Notes: generated from the sequence alone by a model not told the origin. A DNA stretch of 64,000 bases from an uncultured delta proteobacterium (GCA_963717985.1 CAVQYC010000005.1:148508-212507); one strand, 5' to 3'; counted from the stretch's first letter, positions 28,214-38,045 are shown. A program made the numbers and translations.

Positions 28214-29587
28214 ATGAAATTGAAGTTATGGTTTACCCTGTTGTCGGTAGTGTGTGCTATCGGCCTTTGCAGCACGACTTTCGCCTTTCATTCCGGCGGT
28301 GTCGCGGCATGCGCTAGCTGCCACTCCATGCACAATACGCCGAATCCGGCCGTCTCGGGCGGGGCACCGGGATCGGCAACGGGAGGCCCGCACCTATTGA
28401 CCGGCTCCGATCAGAGTTCCACGTGTCTTGCCTGTCACGCATCCAACGCGACGACGCCATCGAGCTATCATGTAATGACCTATCCCTTTTCCGGAGGGAC
28501 TAACGTGTCTTCTATCCCGGTGAACCGGACCCCCGGCGGGGATTTCTCCTGGCTCCTGCTGAGTTTTAATTACTCGTCGCAGGGGACTGCGACTTACAAT
28601 CCCGGTAACGGTCATGGCCACAACATTGTGGCTCTCGACTACGGCCTTATCGCAGATCCGACAAACACGATGGCGCCCGGCGGAACCTTCCCCTCCGGCA
28701 GCTTGTACTGTAACTCCTGTCACGACCCGCACAACAAGCTGAGAAGGGACTCCACGGGAGCAATTCAAAATATTGTATCCGGCAGTACGACCCTTCCGGT
28801 CATCGGCTCGGGCTCGTACCCCAGCTCGGTTCCCGGGGCAGCGGGGGCAACGACCGGGGTAACGGCCCCCGGCGCGAACCAGGCAGTGGGCGTCTACCGG
28901 CTCCTCGCGGGATATGCTACCTACACGGCTGCCGGCCAGCAGATCCCGTACACGGGGGTGCCCATGGCGATCGCGCCGTCAACCTATAACCAGACAGAGG
29001 CTACCAACCAGGTCCGGGTCGCCTACGGTGTTGGGTCCGGCACCAACCAGGTCGCCTGGGGCGCCTGGTGCGGTACGTGTCATACGGCCATGACGGGCAC
29101 TCACTATCACCCGGTGGATGGAAATGCTGTCCTGAGCGCAGGCAATATGATGACGAACTACAATCAGTATGTCAGCTCCGGCAACATGACAGGCAGCAGT
29201 GCGACTGCCTATCTCTCTCTCGTCCCCTTCATGACGGGCAGCAGCAGCGTCACGGTCCTCGCCCCCCTCGCGGACAACACGGGAACGGTTGTCGCCGCGA
29301 AAGGCGGACCCGGCTCGTCAGACCAGGCGTCGTGCCTCTCTTGTCATAGAGCCCATGCATCGGGTTGGCGGGACGCGCTCAGGTGGAACCCACAGGGAGA
29401 GTTCATCACCTACGTAACGTCCACCGGCGTCGCCACCTGGCCAGGCACCGACACGACTCCCGGTAACTCAAAATACGCTGACGGCATGCTCTCGGCTCAG
29501 GTGCAAGCCGCCTACTACGATCGGCCCGTTACGGTCTTCGGAGCCAACCAGCGATCGCTTTGCAACAAATGCCACGGGCATGATTAG
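28214..29587 (+). CDS. omcS: OmcS-like hexaheme cytochrome c (nanowire subunit), copy 1
   Basis: Mature N-terminus FHSGGVAACASCHSMHN; TPGGDF, GHNIVA.DY, CNSCHDPH, AYLSLVPF, CLSCHRAHASG and LCNKCH..D; 6 CxxCH. Confidence 0.9.
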   Translation: MKLKLWFTLLSVVCAIGLCSTTFAFHSGGVAACASCHSMHNTPNPAVSGGAPGSATGGPHLLTGSDQSSTCLACHASNATTPSSYHVMTYPFSGGTNVSSIPVNRTPGGDFSWLLLSFNYSSQGTATYNPGNGHGHNIVALDYGLIADPTNTMAPGGTFPSGSLYCNSCHDPHNKLRRDSTGAIQNIVSGSTTLPVIGSGSYPSSVPGAAGATTGVTAPGANQAVGVYRLLAGYATYTAAGQQIPYTGVPMAIAPSTYNQTEATNQVRVAYGVGSGTNQVAWGAWCGTCHTAMTGTHYHPVDGNAVLSAGNMMTNYNQYVSSGNMTGSSATAYLSLVPFMTGSSSVTVLAPLADNTGTVVAAKGGPGSSDQASCLSCHRAHASGWRDALRWNPQGEFITYVTSTGVATWPGTDTTPGNSKYADGMLSAQVQAAYYDRPVTVFGANQRSLCNKCHGHD

Positions 29588-29657
29588 ACGGAGTCGCAAA
29601 ATAAAGTATCGATTGGACGTGAGGCAAAGGCTTTCCTGAAGCGAGCCTTGCGGTCTC

Positions 29658-30665
29658 TTAAGCCACGTAAGAGCAGTACGGCTCGGATTCGAGCAGGTCG
29701 CCTTTCAGTTCCAGTGCCCTGGCCCTGCACCCTCCGCAGATGGAGAGGAACCGGCAGCGACCGCATTTGCCCTTATACTTACGAAGATCACGGATACTGG
29801 CGAACTGCTCCGACCCTTCCCATACCTGCCGGACGCCGTCCTTGCGGATGTCGCCGCAGGGAGACTCCAGGTAGCCGCAGGGCTGTGCGATGCCCGTGTG
29901 GGAGATGAAGAGAAAACTCTTTCCGGCAAGGCACCCCGCGCTTTTCGGCGTACCTCCCCTTTCCTTGACGATCCTGTAGTAATGGGGGGCGCAGGTCACC
30001 TTCATCTCTATCTCGTGCTCTTCCTCCCGCTCGTACATCCAGTTGAGCACGTCCTCGTACATTGCGGCGTTCAACTCCTCGCCCTTGAGCCCTTCCCCCC
30101 TGCCCACGGGCACGAGCAGGAAGGTGTGCCAGGCAACCGCACCCATCCCCTTGACGAGCCCGTAGATTGCGGGGAGGTCCGCTGAGTTGAGTCGCGTCAC
30201 CGTGGTGTTGATCTGAAAGGGCAACCCGACTTCCCTGAGTATCCGTCCCGCCTGCATGACCGCGTCAAAGGAGCCTGAAACCCTCCTGAAGCTGTCGTGG
30301 GTCGCCCGGTCCTTGCCGTCTATGCTCATGCTCACCCGCAGGATGCCCGCCTCTTTCAGCCTGACGGCTACGGCCCGGTCCACGAGGGTCCCGTTCACCG
30401 CGATAACCGTGCGAAGCCCTTTCGCGGTCGCATGTTCGATGATATCGAAGATGTCCTTTCGTAAAAGAGGCTCGCCGCCCGTCAGGATGATGGTCGGGGT
30501 CGCGAAGGCTGCGATATCGTCGATGATGCGCACGCACTCCTCGAGGGTCAGCTCGTTGTCGTAAGGCCCGGCGCCTGCCCTTGCCCTGCAGTGAACACAG
30601 TCGAGATTGCAGTTCCTGGTGAGCTCCCAGGCGATCATCTTTAAAGGGTAGGTTTTTTCGTCCAT
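29658..30665 (-). CDS. ahbD: Radical SAM/SPASM heme b synthase-like protein (AhbD/NirJ2 type)
   Basis: IAWELTRNCNLDCVHCRA, FLLVPVGRG, KVTCAPHYYR, GCLAG and CGGCRARA; ATG 30665 with RBS. Confidence 0.7.
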   Translation of the reverse strand: MDEKTYPLKMIAWELTRNCNLDCVHCRARAGAGPYDNELTLEECVRIIDDIAAFATPTIILTGGEPLLRKDIFDIIEHATAKGLRTVIAVNGTLVDRAVAVRLKEAGILRVSMSIDGKDRATHDSFRRVSGSFDAVMQAGRILREVGLPFQINTTVTRLNSADLPAIYGLVKGMGAVAWHTFLLVPVGRGEGLKGEELNAAMYEDVLNWMYEREEEHEIEMKVTCAPHYYRIVKERGGTPKSAGCLAGKSFLFISHTGIAQPCGYLESPCGDIRKDGVRQVWEGSEQFASIRDLRKYKGKCGRCRFLSICGGCRARALELKGDLLESEPYCSYVA

Positions 30666-30697
30666 GGTGCGATATCCTTTGTCCTCCCCTCCCCGGC

Positions 30698-31900
30698 CTA
30701 TTGAGATGTCTCTTCCTCGAACTCGCCCCACGGCGGCAAGACCCTGAGAAGAATGAAGAGGATGAGGAAAGGAAGGATGAGGAAGCCCAGGGAGACGAGA
30801 AGTCCTTCGAGGCCCCCTAGGGTTATCTTGTACGCGGTAAGCCCCCTGAAGCTCTTCGAGAAGAGCTGGCCCCCCATGACGACATTCCATCTCGTAGTAA
30901 AGATACCGAGTTGGACGAGGAGGGCGGAAATGAAGTAGATGAGGCGTCTCAGCTCATCGGGAGGACGAAATACCTTTGTGGCAGCGATGGTAAAGAGCGG
31001 AAGGAGCATGCCGAGGAGGAGCTGGAGGACCACCAGGCTGACAAAGAGCCGCTGCGATATGAGCTGGGAAAGGATCTGTATCGATTCTTCCGATTGGTAG
31101 ACGCGGTGCACGAAATCGAGGCCCTCGAGGGAGAAATCGACGATCATCATGTAGAAGAGAAAGCTCGCGAGCTTATCGAGACAGGCCATGTCAGGCTCTA
31201 TCTTTCGAACGAGGCTCGTAACCATGTAAATGAGGAGCATGAGGGCAATCCCGGAGACGATGGCAGAGAAGAGAAAAACGATGGGCATGAGGACGCTCGA
31301 CCACCACGGGTTGGCTTTGACCGATCCGAAGATGAAGCCCACGTATCCATGGAGGAGAAAGGCGGAAGGGATACCGATGATCGTTATGATGTTCACTGCC
31401 TTCTTGTCGAAGAGAACGGCCTTCATCGATATGTCATGAGAAAAAAGCGAGAGAACCTTATACAGGAGTCCCTTGAGGCCCTTATCGGTGCGTGCCCGGA
31501 CGACAAGGTAGTGGCGGTAGTCGAACCATATTTCGAGAAGCAGCACGAACATCAGGTACCATGCGTAGACGAAGCCGAACATGGCCATGGCCGAGGTGGT
31601 GCTGGGAGTAAGGAACATCTCGAACCCCCTTTCCGGATGGCCGAGATGAACCACGAGCGGCAGGGGGGCAACGATCAGGAATGCAAGGGCGGTCAGCAGG
31701 GAGAGCCGGTAGGTTGGCTGTACTTCCCTCACTTTGAAGACCTTCACGAGTGAGGCAAGGATAAAAGCACCCGCCACGAGACCCGTGATGTAAGGGTAGA
31801 CGACGATCAGGAGATTCCAGTGAAGCTCGATCTCATTTGGAAAGATGTAGCCGACAACCTGTTTGAGGAGCGGATAGAGGTTTTCAGAGACGTTATCCAT
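30698..31900 (-). CDS. NrfD/PsrC family quinol-oxidising membrane subunit
   Basis: YPYITGLVAGAF, HLGHPER, LHGYVGFIF and RWNVVMGGQ; multiple TM helices. Confidence 0.9.
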   Translation of the reverse strand: MDNVSENLYPLLKQVVGYIFPNEIELHWNLLIVVYPYITGLVAGAFILASLVKVFKVREVQPTYRLSLLTALAFLIVAPLPLVVHLGHPERGFEMFLTPSTTSAMAMFGFVYAWYLMFVLLLEIWFDYRHYLVVRARTDKGLKGLLYKVLSLFSHDISMKAVLFDKKAVNIITIIGIPSAFLLHGYVGFIFGSVKANPWWSSVLMPIVFLFSAIVSGIALMLLIYMVTSLVRKIEPDMACLDKLASFLFYMMIVDFSLEGLDFVHRVYQSEESIQILSQLISQRLFVSLVVLQLLLGMLLPLFTIAATKVFRPPDELRRLIYFISALLVQLGIFTTRWNVVMGGQLFSKSFRGLTAYKITLGGLEGLLVSLGFLILPFLILFILLRVLPPWGEFEEETSQ

Positions 31901-31901
31901 G

Positions 31902-32693
31902 CTACCGCACCTCCATGTCCAGGTCCGCGTAGAATACCTTGGGCTCCGTATTGAGGTGGGGCTTGAGCACGGAGATCTTGTTCACACGCCTGAACCGGCT
32001 TAGAGGACTCGCTATCTTCCCCAACTCTCCGAATACCCTCGCCTGGGTGGGGCAGACCTCGACGCAGGCAGGGTTAAGGCCCTTTACTATCCTATGGTAG
32101 CAAAACGTGCACTTCTCTGCCGTCCGCGTCTTGGGGTGGAGAAAGCGCATGCCGTAAGGACAGGCCTGGATGCAGTAGCGGCAACCGACGCACCATTCGG
32201 GGTCGACGAGTATCACGCCGTCCTGTGTCTTGTACGTAGCGCCTACCGGACAGACCTGGACGCAGGGGGGCTTTTCGCACTGGTTGCAGATTTTGGGAAC
32301 GAAGAAGGATTTGAGAACCCTTTTTTCCGAGATCGGCCCCTTGAAGCCGTCCCTTCCTCCGTTCGGGCTGTCGACCGTCACTTCGCCGTCCTCCGCTATT
32401 ACGTACCGCTCCACCCATGTCCTGAAGTAGAAAGGCTCGTCGGGCACATTGTTTTCCTTTTTACAGGCGTCGACGCACCGGCCGCACCCGATGCAGCGAT
32501 CGACTTGTATGCCCATTCCGTACAGGTGTTCCGTGGGTTTGTAGGTAGTGCCGTACCATGCGCCGGCGGCAGGCTTCTTCTGGGTGACGCCAAAGGCGGC
32601 CCCTGGAATTATCAGGGAACAGGTGCCGAGAAGGACGAATTTGCAGAACCCCCTTCTCCCCTTGTTCACGGCTTCTTCATCCCGCTTTTTCAT
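31902..32693 (-). CDS. Tat-exported 4Fe-4S protein (NrfC/DmsB family)
   Basis: GRRGFCK; CIGCGRCVDAC, CNQCEKPPCVQVCP, CVGCRYCIQACP and KCTFC. Confidence 0.9.
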   Translation of the reverse strand: MKKRDEEAVNKGRRGFCKFVLLGTCSLIIPGAAFGVTQKKPAAGAWYGTTYKPTEHLYGMGIQVDRCIGCGRCVDACKKENNVPDEPFYFRTWVERYVIAEDGEVTVDSPNGGRDGFKGPISEKRVLKSFFVPKICNQCEKPPCVQVCPVGATYKTQDGVILVDPEWCVGCRYCIQACPYGMRFLHPKTRTAEKCTFCYHRIVKGLNPACVEVCPTQARVFGELGKIASPLSRFRRVNKISVLKPHLNTEPKVFYADLDMEVR

Positions 32694-33470
32694 TTAATGG
32701 GCCTCCGGCATGTGGGGGTAGTGGCACTCCCAGCAGAGGTGTTTTTCGCCGTGGCTGTTCATGTTCACCCTCGGAATCTCTTTGTCGGACTTAGCGTCCT
32801 GGGCGTGACACCCCCCGCACAACTCCCTCGTTTGGGCTGTCTTGGGCGGGTGTTGCCTGGGGAGCACGTTGTGCTGCTTGTCCGTCTCGTGGCATACCGT
32901 ACACTGGACGTTTGCGTGGCGCGAAACGGCGATGACGCGCTGGATCTTCGCGTGACACGCCTCGCACCCCTTCGGTACCTGCGGTGGTTTCGGGTCGTGG
33001 GGCTGATGGCACGTGATGCACGGCTTCACCGGGTTATGGGAGTCGGCGACTACCTGCGGAAAACCGGTGGGGCGTGACGACTGGTACTCATGGCAAAGGA
33101 GACAGTGGGAGCGGGCCCGCGGCACATAGGGCTTGACGTTTTCAGGGTCCTGAGTATGGGCAGCCGCGGGGCCGTGACACGCCTCGCAGGACACCCCCTG
33201 GTGATAGCCGGTCTTCTTCATTGCCACTTCGGCATCATGGCAATCGGAACACGCGGCACTACCGGCAAATTTGATCTCTCTCTCCGCGTTCTGCACAACC
33301 GAGGACGCCCTGTAATGACCATAGAGGCCAAAATCGGAAGGGACAAAGAAGTGCCGGGCTACAAGGGCACCCCCCAGAATGATGACGCAGGGTACGAGCA
33401 GGTGCCGGATCTGCTCCGGGATTTTGTGCCACAGCTTCAGCGGAGAGTTATTCCTATGTTCCTCACTCAT
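32694..33470 (-). CDS. Membrane-anchored octaheme cytochrome c
   Basis: N-terminal TM segment; 8 CxxCH counted. Confidence 0.85.
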   Translation of the reverse strand: MSEEHRNNSPLKLWHKIPEQIRHLLVPCVIILGGALVARHFFVPSDFGLYGHYRASSVVQNAEREIKFAGSAACSDCHDAEVAMKKTGYHQGVSCEACHGPAAAHTQDPENVKPYVPRARSHCLLCHEYQSSRPTGFPQVVADSHNPVKPCITCHQPHDPKPPQVPKGCEACHAKIQRVIAVSRHANVQCTVCHETDKQHNVLPRQHPPKTAQTRELCGGCHAQDAKSDKEIPRVNMNSHGEKHLCWECHYPHMPEAH

Positions 33471-33717
33471 TCCGTGAAGTATAGTGGCTGGCAAACAGCC
33501 TGTCAACCCAAATTTACCGCCCTCACCTTCCCTTATTGAAATGGGTGGAGACATGAGGGCCCTCGCAGACGACAAGAGACTTTGGCGTGCAGGACATGCT
33601 AAGCTGTTTTTTTATGGGAACGCGAGGCATTAGGGTCGGGCGGGGATGCGTTCGGGAGATTATCTTGAACAAAGTGGTAGGGAACGAAAGGAAGGGCGAT
33701 GACCTCGGGGGAGATCG

Positions 33718-35097
33718 ATGACTGAGAGAACAATCGTGGTGGTGGATGACGAGTATCTGATCAGGTGGAGCCTTCAGAAGAATTTAGAAAAGGCCGGCTA
33801 CCGGGTAGTGCTGGCTGAAACGGGCGAGGAAGCGCTGCAAAAGGTGAAGGAGGAGGCCCCCGACCTGGTACTCATCGATTTCAAGCTGCCCGGGATGGAT
33901 GGTTTCGAGGTCCTGGAGAAGGTGCTCAAGATAGATCAGGGCATTATCCCCATCATGATCACCGCTTCCGAGGACGTGGAGCGGATAGTGAAGGCCATGA
34001 AGCTAGGGGCCTTTGACTACCTCACCAAACCCTTCGATTTCGGCAAACTGCTCCTTTCGGTAGAAAAAGCCCTGGAGACATCCAATCTCAAAAGGGAAGT
34101 GAAATACCTCAGACAGGCGGGAAAGGAGCATGCAGGGCTCACTCACATCGTCGGCGCCAGCGAGGCGATGCGTAAGGTCCTCCTGATGACGGAGAAAGTG
34201 GCTGCCAGTGACGCGGCAACCGTCTTGATCCAGGGGGAGAGCGGGACCGGTAAAGAGATCATTGCCCGCGCCATTCATTATGGAAGCAGGCGCGAGAACA
34301 TGGCCTTTGTTACTGTGAATTGCGCGGGTGTTGCCGAGCATATGCTGGAGAATGAGCTCTGCGGCCATGAGAAAGGAGCCTTTACCGACGCCAAAGAAGT
34401 GAAGAAAGGCCTTCTCGAAGTAGCCGACGGAGGTTCTCTGTTCCTCGATGAGATAGGGGACATGAATCCCGGCATGCAGGCGAAAATTTTGAGGCTGATC
34501 GAGGAGAAAACATTCCGCAGGATGGGAGGGATCAAGGGTATCAGCGTCGACGTCCGGATCATTACGGCGACAAACAAGGATTTGAGAAAACTCATAGAGG
34601 AAGGGAAGTTCAGAGAAGATCTTTTTTATCGGATCAACATTGTCGCCATCCGACTTCCTCCCCTGAGGGACCGGCGGGATGATGTTCTCCCGCTCGCGGA
34701 GTATTTCGTCCATAAATACAATCAGGATTTTCACAAGAATGTCCAAAAGATATCAAAAGAAGTCGAAACCTTTCTCCTGGGTTACCACTGGCCGGGCAAC
34801 GTCCGTGAACTGAGAAACGTTGTCGAAAGGGCGATGATCCTGGGAGAAGGGGACACGCTGCTCATGGAGCATCTGCCCCTGGATGTCCTGGGGCAGGCGC
34901 AGAGCCCGGACGGGCTCGCAAAGGGTTTCCGCATTCCGCCGGAAGGGATATCGATGGAAAAGCTGGAAGAGACCCTCGTGCGACAAGCCCTCGAAATGAC
35001 CGCAGGAAACCAGACAAGAGCCGCGAAGCTCCTCGACATCAGCAGGGATTCCCTGAGATACCGCATGCAAAAAATCGGCATCAACGCCGACACCTAG
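33718..35097 (+). CDS. Sigma54-dependent response regulator (REC-AAA-HTH)
   Basis: GESGTGKE, GAFTDA, LFLDEIG, WPGNVREL and Fis-type HTH. Confidence 0.95.
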   Translation: MTERTIVVVDDEYLIRWSLQKNLEKAGYRVVLAETGEEALQKVKEEAPDLVLIDFKLPGMDGFEVLEKVLKIDQGIIPIMITASEDVERIVKAMKLGAFDYLTKPFDFGKLLLSVEKALETSNLKREVKYLRQAGKEHAGLTHIVGASEAMRKVLLMTEKVAASDAATVLIQGESGTGKEIIARAIHYGSRRENMAFVTVNCAGVAEHMLENELCGHEKGAFTDAKEVKKGLLEVADGGSLFLDEIGDMNPGMQAKILRLIEEKTFRRMGGIKGISVDVRIITATNKDLRKLIEEGKFREDLFYRINIVAIRLPPLRDRRDDVLPLAEYFVHKYNQDFHKNVQKISKEVETFLLGYHWPGNVRELRNVVERAMILGEGDTLLMEHLPLDVLGQAQSPDGLAKGFRIPPEGISMEKLEETLVRQALEMTAGNQTRAAKLLDISRDSLRYRMQKIGINADT

Positions 35098-35257
35098 CCC
35101 GCTCAAGGCAAGCCTATTTAACCTAACCTGTTCACTCATGTAAGACTGTGTATAGCCCCTCAGTCGGGTGGGGGAAATACCGCTATGAACCGGCCACCGG
35201 ATGTGGCAGGTCCAGGAATCTTGAGGAATAGAGCCAGTTTTCAGGAATGACGATTTA

Positions 35258-35273
35258 TGGAACGCAAGTTGCA
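35258..35273 (+). promoter_or_regulatory. Sigma54 (-24/-12) promoter for the NHL-omcS operon
   Basis: TGGAACGCAAGTTGCA matches TGGCACG-N4-TTGC(A/T) at all but one position with correct GG-N10-GC spacing. Confidence 0.75.
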
Positions 35274-35299
35274 CATATGCCAACAAGGCAAGACATACT

Positions 35300-36295
35300 A
35301 TGCAAAGGACGCTCAAGAGGACCATGAGGCCGGAGACGAACAAGAGAATCAGCAGAACGAGGCAAACTCTCCTCGGCGCTTTTGCTCTGATCTTCTTATC
35401 GGCAGGATACCCCGGTTACTTAAGGGCCGGGGTGCAGGCAACTTTTCTCTACAGCCTCTCGAACTTCACCGGACCTATACTCTACAGCGCGCCCAGGGTC
35501 GTCAGTGATAAGGACAGGCATGAAATATCGGTCCTTTCCGGAAATGAGGTCCGGGTCTTCAACGAGCGAGGTATGGAGATTTACCGCTTTGGCGACGACC
35601 TCGCAGTCGGATCGATTGCCGATCTTTCGGTTGACGGCAAGGGCGACATCCTGCTCCTCGCATACGGTCCCCCTCCTGAGAGCCGCTACGCCGTCGTCCG
35701 GTGCAACTTCAGGGGAGAGCCTACGGGAAAAATAGAGATCAAGAATCTCCCTTCTCAGTTCTCGGGTTTCTCACCCGCCCGTATCGTCTCGCTCGGCAAC
35801 AGGCTCTATCTGGCAGACCTGGGCGGGCTCAAGGTCGTCGTGACCGATCTCGACGGCGCCTTCAAGGATGGGTATGACATTTTTTCCATGCTTTCGCTGA
35901 AAGAGACGATGAGAGGAGATGTGGAGATGTTGGGGTTTGGCGTAGCGGATGACGGGAGCATACTTTTTACCATCCCCGTCCTTTTTTCCGCCTACCGAAT
36001 CTATCCGGACAAGAAAATGGCCTCCTTCGGCAGGCCGGGAAGCGCCCCCGGCAAGTTCAACCTCGTGAGGGGGATCGCGCTCGACAGCCGGGGAAATTAC
36101 CTCGTAGTCGATAGGCTGAAATCGACCGTTATGGTCTTTGACGGGAACTTCAAGTACGTCACCCAGTTCGGATACAGAGGGGCAAAGCGGGGGAATCTGA
36201 TAGCCCCCGACGATGTCGCCGTCGACGCGAGCGGCAAGGTATATGTGACCCAGAACGCGAAAAGAGGGGTCAACGTTTACACGGTGAGCTACTAG
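35300..36295 (+). CDS. NHL-repeat beta-propeller protein
   Basis: GSAPGKFNLVRGIALDSRGNYLVVD and PDDVAVDASGKVYVT repeats; N-terminal hydrophobic segment; start uncertain. Confidence 0.85.
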   Translation: MQRTLKRTMRPETNKRISRTRQTLLGAFALIFLSAGYPGYLRAGVQATFLYSLSNFTGPILYSAPRVVSDKDRHEISVLSGNEVRVFNERGMEIYRFGDDLAVGSIADLSVDGKGDILLLAYGPPPESRYAVVRCNFRGEPTGKIEIKNLPSQFSGFSPARIVSLGNRLYLADLGGLKVVVTDLDGAFKDGYDIFSMLSLKETMRGDVEMLGFGVADDGSILFTIPVLFSAYRIYPDKKMASFGRPGSAPGKFNLVRGIALDSRGNYLVVDRLKSTVMVFDGNFKYVTQFGYRGAKRGNLIAPDDVAVDASGKVYVTQNAKRGVNVYTVSY

Positions 36296-36439
36296 TGAGG
36301 CGCCATGCTAAATATTTTGTTCAAGATAAAGAAAGAAGTCGAAAACCGGCAGGGAGGTGATGAGGCGGGCAAAGCAGGATTGCAGGAGCGTAATACGGGA
36401 AAGGGGGAGTTCAGGTTTCATCGAATTGGTTCACCCATC

Positions 36440-36518
36440 CTCCGAAAAAGGTAAACCCACCGAGAGGTGGGGGCACAAAGCCGACGGGTCCAGATAAGGG
36501 ACGGCCGGGCTGCCGGAG
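36440..36518 (+). ncRNA. c-di-GMP-I (GEMM-I) riboswitch aptamer
   Basis: P1 CTCCG/CGGAG; GGTAAACCCACC-GAGA-GGTGGGGGCAC P2 with GNRA loop; AAAGCC..GGGTCC..GGGACGGCCGGGCTGCC P3; lies in the leader of omcS copy 2. Confidence 0.9.
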
Positions 36519-36545
36519 AGAGGACAACAAGTTGAGGAGGATGTG

Positions 36546-37991
36546 ATGAGATTGAAGTTATGGTTTACAATGTTTTTAGTAGTATGTGCGATCGGCCTTG
36601 GCGGTACGGCGTTCGCTTTCCATTCCGGCGGCGTCGCCGACTGCGCCGGCTGTCACGCCATGCATAATACGCCTAATCCGGCGGTCACGGGCGGGGCACC
36701 GGGATCGGCAACCGGAGGCCCGATGCTCTTAACAGGCTCCGACCAGAGTTCCACGTGTCTCAACTGCCATGCGTCCAACGCGACGACGCCTTCGGGCTAC
36801 CATGTGATGACCTGGCCCTTTGCCGGAGGGACTAACCCGTCTTCTATCCCGGTGAACCGGACCCCGGGCGGGGATTTCTCCTGGCTCCTGATGAATTTTA
36901 CTTACTCGTCGCACGGCTCTACGACGAGTAACCCCGGTGGCGGTCATGGCCACAACATCATCGCTGCCGACTACGGCATGACGAATCTTTCGGGCTACGC
37001 GGCGGCGCCCGGCGGAACCTTCGCCTCTACCAGCTTATACTGCAACTCCTGTCACGATCCGCACAACAAAATGAGAAGGGACTCCACGGGAGCCATTCAA
37101 AATATGGTGGGCAACATCACCCTTACCCTTCCGATCATCGGCTCGGGCTCCTACCCCAGCTCGGTTCCCGGAGCTGTGACGGGCCAGACTTGTACTACCA
37201 CCGGTACCCCCCCTGTTACTACGTGTGTGCCGTCGGCATATGCGGTGACCGGGGTGACGGCCCCTGGCTCGAACCAGGCAGTGGGCGTCTACCGGATCCT
37301 CGCAGGATATGGTACTTACACGGCCGGCGGCGTGCAGATCCCCTACGGCGGCGTGCCCATGGCGATCGCACCCTCGAGCTATAACCAGACAGAGGCTACC
37401 AACCAGGTCCGGGTCGCCTACGGTGTCGGGTCCGGCGGCAACCAGGTCGCCTGGGGCGCCTGGTGCGGTACGTGCCACACGGCGTTCTTAACTGGTTCCG
37501 GCAATCACTATCACCCCGTGGATGCAAATGCGGTCCTAAGCTCGGGTAACGAGCAGACCAACTACAATAAGTATGTCAGCTCCGGCAACATGACCGGCAA
37601 CATTGCGACTGCGTACCTCTCTCTCGTCCCCTTCATGACGGGCAGCAACAGCGTCGCGACCCTCGCCGGCCTTGCGGACAACACGGGAACATATGTCGCC
37701 GCGAAAGGCGGAGCCGGCTCGGCGGACCAGGCGTCGTGCCTCTCTTGTCACAGAGCCCACGCATCGGGCTGGCGTGACGCCCTCAGGTGGAACCCCGAGG
37801 GAGAGTTCATCACTTACGTAACTTCCGCCGGCGTCGCTACCTGGCCGGGCACGGACACGACACCCAGCAATCTGAGTTTTGCCGATGGCATGCTCTCGAC
37901 CCAGGTGCAGGCTGCCTACTACGACAGACCTGTAACAACCTTCGGCGCTTTCCAGCGGGCGCTTTGCAACAAATGCCACGCCCAGGACTAG
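36546..37991 (+). CDS. omcS: OmcS-like hexaheme cytochrome c (nanowire subunit), copy 2
   Basis: FHSGGVADCAGCHAMHN, TGGPMLL, SSTCLNCH and C-terminal QRALCNKCHAQD; 6 CxxCH; start GTG 36543 or ATG 36546. Confidence 0.92.
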   Translation: MRLKLWFTMFLVVCAIGLGGTAFAFHSGGVADCAGCHAMHNTPNPAVTGGAPGSATGGPMLLTGSDQSSTCLNCHASNATTPSGYHVMTWPFAGGTNPSSIPVNRTPGGDFSWLLMNFTYSSHGSTTSNPGGGHGHNIIAADYGMTNLSGYAAAPGGTFASTSLYCNSCHDPHNKMRRDSTGAIQNMVGNITLTLPIIGSGSYPSSVPGAVTGQTCTTTGTPPVTTCVPSAYAVTGVTAPGSNQAVGVYRILAGYGTYTAGGVQIPYGGVPMAIAPSSYNQTEATNQVRVAYGVGSGGNQVAWGAWCGTCHTAFLTGSGNHYHPVDANAVLSSGNEQTNYNKYVSSGNMTGNIATAYLSLVPFMTGSNSVATLAGLADNTGTYVAAKGGAGSADQASCLSCHRAHASGWRDALRWNPEGEFITYVTSAGVATWPGTDTTPSNLSFADGMLSTQVQAAYYDRPVTTFGAFQRALCNKCHAQD

Positions 37992-38045
37992 AATCCCTGT
38001 TTCGCGCGCAGACAACGCGAGTGGCATGACAGATCATAAGGGAAT

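Noticed and set aside
33582-33600. TGGCGTGC..ATGCT as a sigma54 promoter
   Set aside because: GG to GC spacing is 12 rather than 10 nt
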